This document shows positions 34,229 through 39,144 of a DNA stretch of 39,144 bases, in pieces. Location: assembly GCA_002189035.1 (NCBI GenBank), contig NEEC01000095.1, positions 1 to 39,144 of the forward strand, read 5' to 3'. Within the stretch, counting starts at the first letter, position 1. Every line of letters begins with the position of its first letter. The stretch is from Utricularia gibba. Its lineage: Eukaryota; Plantae; Magnoliophyta. The notes beneath the pieces are model-generated. The model was not told where the DNA came from. It ran no database searches and saw only the letters and a list, made by a program, of their open reading frames with translations. Position numbers and translations under genes: made by a program.

Positions 34229-35737
34229 ATGGCATTCATGAGTTCTGGGAAAAATGTCCTTGGGCGGAGCACGATGCGGCACCCGCTGTTACATGCGATC
34301 CAAGGTCTTCGTTACAAGAGAAAGTTGGAAGTTATCCTCACCACGGTATGCATCCTTCGAATTTTAGCCTCGTAGCCTGGTTAATCACTGGATATGAATT
34401 CTAAAATTATGCGTATGTTGTGATGTAGTCAATCGATAAGCTCGGTAAAGCAGGTGAAACGGTGAAGGTAGCGCCTGGCTATTTCCGGAACTATTTGATG
34501 CCGAAGATGCTTGCATTACCAAATATCGACAAGTTTCGGTATCTGATCGACGAGCAGCGGAAGGTAATTATACTCTCTGCTATCCACGATTACCCTGAGA
34601 GAAGTTTTGGTTGTTCATTCCAATAAATTCCTTGCGTATATTGGAGGAGATTCACTCATTTTTTGAGCGGATTTCAACAGATTTACCCTCCCAAGGAGGA
34701 CGAAGAAGTTAAGGTAGCTGCAAAAACAGAGGGAGTAGCATCAAGGAATATGAAACAGCAGCAGCCCGTCTGTGTAGTACCCGGCTGGTAAATACTTCTT
34801 GTATGAAGCAAATATTGTTCTTTGAACGTAGCATGCCCCTTGTTTCTTTATAATTTGACGTGCTTGGGTAGCATCTTTTGGCCTTTTTCGCGTAATCTCA
34901 CAATTCCTAATATGATCCGTAGTTCATCTCTTGGCTATTGGATGCTTTGTGGTGCCCCATGAATTAGATCATGGAAGTGCTTGCTGACTTCTTTTCCCAA
35001 CCGTTATGTAAATAATCAGCATTATTCTCTGAATGAGATGCTTAACCTATGATAGCTTGACTTAATCGAGTCCTTGCACTTTGACCCGATTCAGGATTGC
35101 TGCAAGTTATGGGCAAAATATTGGGTAGTTGATTCATGTTACTAGGTTTTTTCCTATGATGCATTTTGATTCAAAGGCCTCCTGGTGGTACATAATGACA
35201 AGGTGTTTAAGAGTATTCCCAATTTTGCTTTTCACATGTCTTGATTATGTTCTGTCTCTTTCAGACTCTCAGAAAGTTTATCATTGAGGGCAAGGGAGAG
35301 GAGTTACGTGAACCAGTGACAAAAGAAGAGATTATGTCTGAGGTAAATTTCTCCTCAATTTTAAGTTGGAGATTCAATTTCCGAGGATTAGAGGCTCCCA
35401 GTCTTTCACAATTTTGCAATCACATCACCTGCCTTTCCCCGGATTCAACCATCCACCATGTGTGACTCTGCTGAAGTATTTCAAGCTGAGCAGAGTCTTT
35501 TCCATGAGTTTTTCTTGTTTTTAGTTTACTGGTACAGCAGGATCACCGCCCCTTTCTCGTTTGCGCAACAAGCAGGTAGCTAGGCAGCTTCAGGTGCACA
35601 TTGAGCCTGACAATTTGCATTTGCCTTCCCCTCTGTCAAACTTGGGCGAGTACAAGGTCCCGCTTCGCCTTCCAAACGCCATACCAAAACCAACAGGGAT
35701 GGAGTGGATCCTCAATATCAAGATTCGAAAACGGTGA
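34229..35737 (+). CDS. Ribosomal protein L9 family, mitochondrial type (bL9m); exons 34229-34345, 34429-34563, 34681-34787, 35265-35342, 35576-35737
   Basis: KLEVILTT|SIDKLGKAGETVKVAPGYFRNYLMPK (L9 N-terminal motif), VTKEEI and LHLPSPLSNLGEYKVPLRLP. Exon 3 is 107 nt and needs one more base at 34731-34733. Confidence 0.9.
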
Positions 35738-36026
35738 CATGCTTATGCAACGGAAAACCGGTTCTCCTGCGATGCCTATGCGGCTTCAAAAGCACAGGTC
35801 TACGGTAACTCTGTCTCCTTGGCTGCAACACTTTTTGTATGCACTTGGAAGGGCAATTGTGAAGAGAATAGTGGATTGATTATAGCTACTGGTCGCAATG
35901 TATGAATAAAATGTCTTAAGATACTTCCATAGGATTCGAGGGAATGCTAAACACTGCAGGTAAGCTACAGAGTTGCTTATTCTGATAGCTTGAATGGGAA
36001 GTTCTACAATCAGAAACCCCGGCGAG

Positions 36027-37545
<1,519 letters not shown>

Positions 37546-38764
37546 CTTCCAAAACTTTGGACAACTGAAATCTGACTTTTTCCTGCGAACGGGGGAAGGT
37601 AACCGCAAAGGCCCAAGCTTATCTTATATAGCCCTCTTACCTCTCACACTCTTAAAGCCTTGCCTTTACTGCTGGCTTGCCGAATCTGAATCAAAGCTTA
37701 TTCTTCTTGCATAGGGTGCTTGGTTCTCCGGTTCATTGGCTCTTTTGTCTAAGGTCAGATCATAGCTGCCTTAAATGGCCGATAAAAGTCTTCCAGTGGT
37801 TGGCCTCCTGTCGAGGTCAATGCTGGTACCCCCTGTGGAATGCCTTTCTTTATCCTCCTCTCGAGCTTTACTCCATTCCCTTCTTTGTCTTCTCCCAATC
37901 ACCATTATTGACTATCATGCAGCACTAAATATGTAGAATCTCCCTAATCCCCATTCGATGTTGGTCCTGTTTTTGGATATCACGGCTAGGTACAAGATGA
38001 ACAAGTATTGCGTATATCAGAGAGACACGTACTAGTGCTTTGAACCATATGATCTTTCAGGCAACATGGGTTGGTGTTGTTGTTAGGAGGTCCTTGGGGG
38101 CCGGGGGGGGGGCCTCCAGTAAGTATTGTTAAATATTCTGGATTAATCATATTAATTCGATTAATTATTAGGATATTCTGGATGCAGGTTTGATGCGGTA
38201 AGCTGGCGGGATACAGTTACAAACCTGCAACCTACCTACTGAGGTACAATAAAATAATTTAAAAATATATCTTCCATGATTTTCCCTATATTAATTACCG
38301 AATTTTGACAACCCATTTGCCGGATTCGGTAACGGCCCCGTCAGCCGACTATAGTAGTGTCTTCATCAATCCAGGCCACTATGGAAGCTATGCTACGAAA
38401 AGGTAAAAAGGGTTGAGCACGAGGGACTAACTGCATCGGGTACTGAGTAAAGAACCTTTCGAGATGTATCTTGCACAATGTAGTGATGGTGAAGCATTTC
38501 ACTCACTATCGGGCAATGGCGATATTTGTGGTTGAGGTCCATGGCGGCGCCACCGCGAGCACGAAGACGTCTTTATCAATCTGCTTCAGAGTAGGCGCGT
38601 CAGGAAGAGAGGGTAAACACATTTTCAAGAAATTGGGTATTACTGATTAATTGGATGATGATTTTATTAATACACGCTTGGCATGATTAACAAATATATT
38701 ATTAATATTTTAATCCGCCGTGGGTTCCGGATCCAACGGCGTTCAGTCATTTGAAAGCTTGCGA

Positions 38765-39144
38765 TGCTCCTCATCCCTCTCTCTTCCTGATTGATTGGGG
38801 ATTCTGTGGTTGTATGCGTCATGTGCCTCCGCTCTCAGGTTAAGGGAATTGGTTCCCGTTTGCTCCGCCTGTGGAAACCCTTTTTTCGTTTGGAATTGAG
38901 CTTTTGATTAGGATTGGGGGAATGGAAGTCTCGGATTTTGTTTAACGATCTAGGTTTGATGCCGTGGGAACGTAAATCTCGAGATATGAACGCGTGAAGG
39001 TGCCTCCCTTTTCAGCTATTCACGTTGCTCCTGCAGTAATGTTTAAGATCTGATTTCCCGAGCGCGAATCTGAGACGTGTAGCTCTAAATTTCGAATCTT
39101 GGCAACTGGGTTTCTCATTCACAGGATCGGTCGCAAATATTGGA
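38765..39144 (+). other. Probable 5' leader exon and first intron of a gene continuing beyond the window
   Basis: Pyrimidine-rich leader-like stretch, a CAG|GTTAAG donor-like site at ~38839, then T/G-rich sequence typical of plant first introns. No ORF is recognisable. Confidence 0.3.

Noticed and set aside
37750-37930. Minus-strand fragment ...DW...KLERRIKKGIPQG resembling a TBC RabGAP or reverse transcriptase motif
   Set aside because: It needs a frameshift, the downstream residues match neither family, and it is too short to support.

Overview
Very gene-dense eudicot nuclear DNA with short introns and intergenic gaps, about one gene per 2.2 kb. This resembles compact genomes such as Lentibulariaceae, but the taxon is an inference. 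I can support 17 intron-resolved genes: cystatin (partial), a UBA-domain protein, THO7, PRDA1, a conserved putative mitochondrial protein, a bHLH090-like factor, a Josephin-like protease, DUF620, HP30-2/TRIC, RPP1, a CRK kinase, a PPR, ATXR6, a GH17 glucanase, RPL21, mitochondrial-type L9 and an OPR1/2-type reductase. There is also a decayed cytochrome b5 pseudogene. Eight apparent frameshifts in seven genes are repaired by restoring missing bases in homopolymer runs, which points to long-read consensus error rather than gene loss. The most unusual elements are: a 137-nt, 99%-identical DNA copy of PRDA1 exon 2 inserted upstream of PRDA1, inside an unexplained and apparently spliced opposite-strand unit; a CRISPR-looking 43-48 bp tandem array; and three GC-AG introns. 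I find no convincing new multi-gene system. No rRNA, tRNA, true CRISPR or intact transposon is evident.
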